A stretch of 64,000 nt of DNA from Rudaea sp. Its GTDB lineage: Bacteria > Pseudomonadota > Gammaproteobacteria > Xanthomonadales > Rhodanobacteraceae. The translations under genes and the position numbers were made by a program. The DNA is taken from the NCBI GenBank assembly GCA_036496665.1, contig DASXKR010000039.1, positions 15 to 64,014 of the forward strand. The letters run 5' to 3'. Below are positions 62,720-64,000 of the stretch, in pieces; position 1 is the first letter of the stretch, and each line of letters opens with the position of its first letter. The notes under the pieces were generated by a model, which saw only the letters and a list, made by a program, of their open reading frames with translations, made no database searches and was not told the DNA's origin.

Positions 62720-63755
62720 CTACGCCGTCGCTACCATCGGCACATAGTCCGGCTTGAACTCACGCCGGTGGGCCAAGAGCGCCCATACCGTGCGAGCGTT
62801 CTTGTTGGCCAGCGCGACCGCGCAATATTGGGATGGCGACGGTTCAACAGATTCATCAGCCAGCGATGGGGGCTGTGGTTGCTGCGCTGCGCGGCAAGGA
62901 TCGCCGCGCGCGCGCGTGGATCAGCAGGGTGCGCAAATACGCATCACCGCGCTTGCTCATCCCGAGCAGCTTGGCCTTGCCGCCTGTGGAGCTTTGCCGG
63001 GGCACCAGTCCCAGCCAGGCCGATACCTGCCGGCCCGAGTCAAAGCTCCGGGCATCGGCAATGGAAGCCACCAGAGCGCTGGCGGCCAGCGGACCAATCC
63101 CGGGGATCTTCTCCAACTGGCGACTGTGTGCATTGCCGCGGTGCCAGGTAATGATCTGGCGCTCGAACTCCTTGACCTGCCTGTCGAGCTCTTTGAGGTG
63201 ACCGGTCAACTGATCGATCAGGTGTCGGAACGCCATCGGCAATACGTTGCTCGCATCTTCGAGCAATCCCGGCACCCGCTTTGCCACGTGGCTGATCCCT
63301 TGCGGAATCACCAGTCCGAACTCACCCAGCAGACCACGGATCTGGTTCGCCTGCGCCGTGCGTGCCTCCACCAGTCCCTGGCGCACCCGGTGGACCGAAA
63401 GGATCGCCTGCTGCTCGATGCTCTTGATCGGCACGAAGCGCATGGTCGGCCGGCTCACCGCTTCGCAGATCGCCTCGGCATCGGCTACATCGTTCTCATT
63501 GGACTTCACGTACGGCTTGACGAACTGCGGCGCCATCAACCTTACCGTGTGACCCAGACGCTGCAGCGTGCGGCCCCAGTGATGCGCACTCGCGCAGGCC
63601 TCCATGCCAATCACGCACACCGGCAGATTCGCAAAGAACGGCGCGACCTGGTGGCGTTTGAGCTGCCGGCGCAATGCTACCTTGCCGCATTCATCGATGC
63701 CGTGTACCTGAAAAACATTTTTCGCCAGATCAATTCCAACTGTCGTAATCTTCAT
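62720..63755 (-). pseudogene. IS110 transposase with two C-terminal frameshifts
   Basis: GIDLAK, GMEAC, GLVPRQSSTGG; single-base losses near LLIH(G)AR and NIA(A)VALANKNAR; restored stop at 62720. Confidence 0.88.
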
Positions 63756-63893
63756 CGTGGACGCTCCCATCGGTTGAGTGGTTGTTTCGCCAACTCCACT
63801 CGGCACATCGATGCCAATTCGTTAGGGTGGGAGCGTCCATCCCATTGCTATGGAACAGCCAAGTTTGCGCGGCTCGCGATGTGCACCCGCTAG

Positions 63894-64000
63894 CAGGCTG
63901 TTGAGAAAACCCGCTCGTCATACCTTTTGATTGACCGCATCAATGCTTCGAGACGTGAAAGAGGGCGCGATTGCGGGCGTTTCCGAATTTCGGAGGCACG
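63894..64000 (+). mobile_element. Possible left end of an IS5-like element, cut by window edge
   Basis: CTAG then CAGGCTGTTGAGAAAAC; GGAGG RBS at the window end. Confidence 0.4.

Larger units (their letters stand above)
62443..63847 (-). mobile_element. IS1111-type IS110-family element
   Basis: 14-bp sub-terminal inverted repeats ATGGACGCTCCCAC (62446-62459) / GTGGGAGCGTCCAT (63827-63840), internal copy at the RBS, long 3' non-coding region; ends placed by the usual 7/3-nt offsets. Confidence 0.85.

Noticed and set aside
1-64000. CRISPR array, cas genes, rRNA, prophage
   Set aside because: No regularly spaced repeats or diagnostic genes seen; the CHAT protease has no Cas neighbours

Overview
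High-GC bacterial chromosome segment. Gene content and order (trpS; dusA-phoPQ; birA-coaX-SPOR-tRNA-Thr) point to Xanthomonadales/Rhodanobacteraceae (Dokdonella/Rudaea-like; inference). About 50 CDSs: housekeeping genes, an ion/osmotic-stress block (NhaP, ClC, decayed trehalose-synthesis genes, GH15, pgm), two ECF-sigma modules (one with an anti-sigma and a secreted CHAT/caspase-like protease, one ECF43-like with a Ser/Thr kinase), a DegP plus two-component operon, MITE/IS remnants, and a lower-GC island after tRNA-Thr(TGT) with a frameshifted IS1111-type IS110 element. Best candidate novel system: a PorU/gingipain-like C25 peptidase inside a Wzm/Wzt-glycosyltransferase cluster (45.8-54.0 kb), a stand-alone Ig-like protein lacking its first strand, and unlinked secreted proteins ending in short conserved tails (D-x-I/V-F-x-x-G-F on three proteins, a degenerate copy on the C25 enzyme itself, and a TPVTLQGFDV tail). 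Together these suggest an uncharacterised C-terminal sorting / glycan-anchoring pathway (hypothesis). No CRISPR array or rRNA seen. All family calls are from motif recognition by eye, not database searches.
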